Source: Terriglobia bacterium (GTDB taxonomy: Bacteria; Acidobacteriota; Terriglobia; Bryobacterales; Bryobacteraceae). From it: a DNA stretch of 64,000 nt. The notes beneath the pieces are model-generated. The model ran no database searches, had not been told where the DNA came from, and worked only from the letters and a program-made list of their open reading frames with translations. The stretch's first letter is position 1; every line of letters starts with the position of its first letter. The DNA lies in the NCBI GenBank assembly GCA_021324615.1, contig JAJPIT010000017.1, positions 19,021 to 83,020 on the forward strand, in the 5' to 3' direction. Shown here one piece after another: positions 62,847 through 64,000 of the stretch. The position numbers and the translations under genes were made by a program.

Positions 62847-64000
62847 ATGAACATTTTGGCGTTTGTGTTTGCCGCGCTGGTGGTGTCTGCGCGGCTGGGG
62901 TACGCGCAAGGTCCGGCGATGCCGCCCGCGCCGGCGACGGCTCCGGCCAACCTGCCGCAGGGAGGGCTGATGCTGCCGCAGCCGGGCGGAAATTTTCAGG
63001 GCAGCGTGGCGGCGGCGCCCGCCCCGCCGCTGCGCTTATCGCTGGAGGATGCGCTCGAACGCGGGCTCCGGACCAATCTGGGTCTGCTGGTGACGCAGAC
63101 CGGATCGCGGATCGCTTCGATAGAAAGACGGCGGGCGCTGGCGGCGCTTCTGCCCACCGTCGGCGGGCAGGTGCTTGAAACGGAGCAGCAGCTCGATCTG
63201 GCGTCGTTCGGCTTTCACTTCCCGGGTGTGCCGCCGGTGATCGGGCCGTTCCATTATTTCAGCGCTCAGGCTTCGCTTTCGCAGAAGATTTTCGACTGGA
63301 CCTCGATCAAAAACCGGCGGGCGGCGCTGCAAAATGAGCGGGCAGCGGAACTTTCCGTCAAGGACGCGCGCGATCTGGTGGTGCAGGCAGTCGCGTCGGC
63401 GTACCTGGCGATTATCGCCGACGGCGCGAGAGTGAGCGCGGCGCAAGCCGAGGTCGATACAGCGCAGGCGCTCTATGACCGGGCGCGCGATCAGCACCGG
63501 GCGGGAGTTTCGCCGGCCATCGACGAGCTGCGCGCGCAGGTGGAGCTCAAGACGAGGCAGCAGCAGTTGCTGGCGGCGGCCAATCAACGGGACAAAGACA
63601 AACTGGCGCTGGGGCGGGTGATCGGCCTGCCGGACGGGCAGTCCTTCGAGCTGGCCGACGCGGCGCCGTACGTTCCGCTGGAGGCGATCACGGCGCAGCA
63701 GGCCATCGAGCGGGCGCGCAAGAACCGCGCCGATTATCAGAGCGCGGTGCTGCAAGTGCGGGCGGCGGAAACGGCGCGGGAGGCGGCCGCCGCCCAACGC
63801 TATCCGGCGGCGCAGGTGGACGCCGATTACGGCGCCATCGGCGTCGCTCCCAACAGTTCGCACGGCGTGTTCACGGTCACCGGAGGCGTCCGTTTCAATC
63901 TTTTCGACGCGGGCCGGATCCGCGCCGATATCGAGCAGGCCGACGCGGTGATCCGGCAGCGCAAGGACGAGCTGGCCAATCTGGAGGCGCAGATCGCCTA
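62847..64000 (+). CDS. TolC-family outer membrane efflux protein, truncated at the right edge
   Basis: Absent from the ORF track because it has no stop in the window. My translation gives MNILAFVFAALVVSARLGYAQ (signal), then LSLEDALERGLRTNLGLLV, QALYDRARDQHRAGVSPAIDELRAQVELKTRQQQLLAA and AAQVDADYG, which are typical OEP repeats. Confidence 0.8.
   Translation, partial: MNILAFVFAALVVSARLGYAQGPAMPPAPATAPANLPQGGLMLPQPGGNFQGSVAAAPAPPLRLSLEDALERGLRTNLGLLVTQTGSRIASIERRRALAALLPTVGGQVLETEQQLDLASFGFHFPGVPPVIGPFHYFSAQASLSQKIFDWTSIKNRRAALQNERAAELSVKDARDLVVQAVASAYLAIIADGARVSAAQAEVDTAQALYDRARDQHRAGVSPAIDELRAQVELKTRQQQLLAAANQRDKDKLALGRVIGLPDGQSFELADAAPYVPLEAITAQQAIERARKNRADYQSAVLQVRAAETAREAAAAQRYPAAQVDADYGAIGVAPNSSHGVFTVTGGVRFNLFDAGRIRADIEQADAVIRQRKDELANLEAQIA

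Overview
This is a very GC-rich, gene-dense bacterial chromosomal segment. Third codon positions are almost all G/C, and long spurious antisense ORFs are common. I call about 60 protein genes and one tRNA-His. I saw no rRNA, CRISPR array, transposase, integrase or prophage.

The gene content includes a CarboxypepD_reg-type TonB-dependent receptor, many two-component systems, a sigma54 activator and dispersed flagellar genes. It resembles an Acidobacteriota-like soil bacterium, but that is inference only.

Main blocks, left to right:
- kinase/esterase/methyltransferase/secreted-protein operon
- murB
- mdtABC-like efflux operon with two tandem RND pumps
- a tight, functionally mixed cluster: nuoB, fliS, holB, hfq-like
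- malQ, tRNA-His, ubiD-family gene, fabG, M20 peptidase
- ABC exporter whose permease is fused to an amidohydrolase, followed by an orphan pxpA and a methyltransferase
- GT4 glycosyltransferase, outer-membrane barrel, solitary fliD
- fabD, HDOD protein, several tiny Cys4 proteins, fdhD, ygfZ-like, tatA
- an amidase_2 + actin-like ATPase pair
- lexA, PspC-domain protein, MscS-like channel, DDAH-like enzyme
- three two-component systems, one with an in-frame TAG in its response regulator
- wecB
- dinB-orf83-ybaK-U32-DnaJ cluster, bcp, TonB-dependent receptor
- sigma54 activator followed by STAS + TolC-like genes; the TolC-like gene is truncated at the right edge

Most interesting observations:
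1. An amidase_2 / MreB-MamK-like ATPase / tatA cluster.
2. An ABC-2 permease fused to an amidohydrolase.
3. Recurrent leaderless-type promoter geometry, with back-to-back -10 boxes in divergent spacers of 10-33 bp.
4. sigma28-type promoter elements in front of fliD and an HDOD gene.
5. An amber-interrupted CpxR-like regulator.
6. A tandem 15-mer plus a long hairpin directly upstream of fabD.

All functional calls come from reading motifs in the translations by eye. No database search was run.
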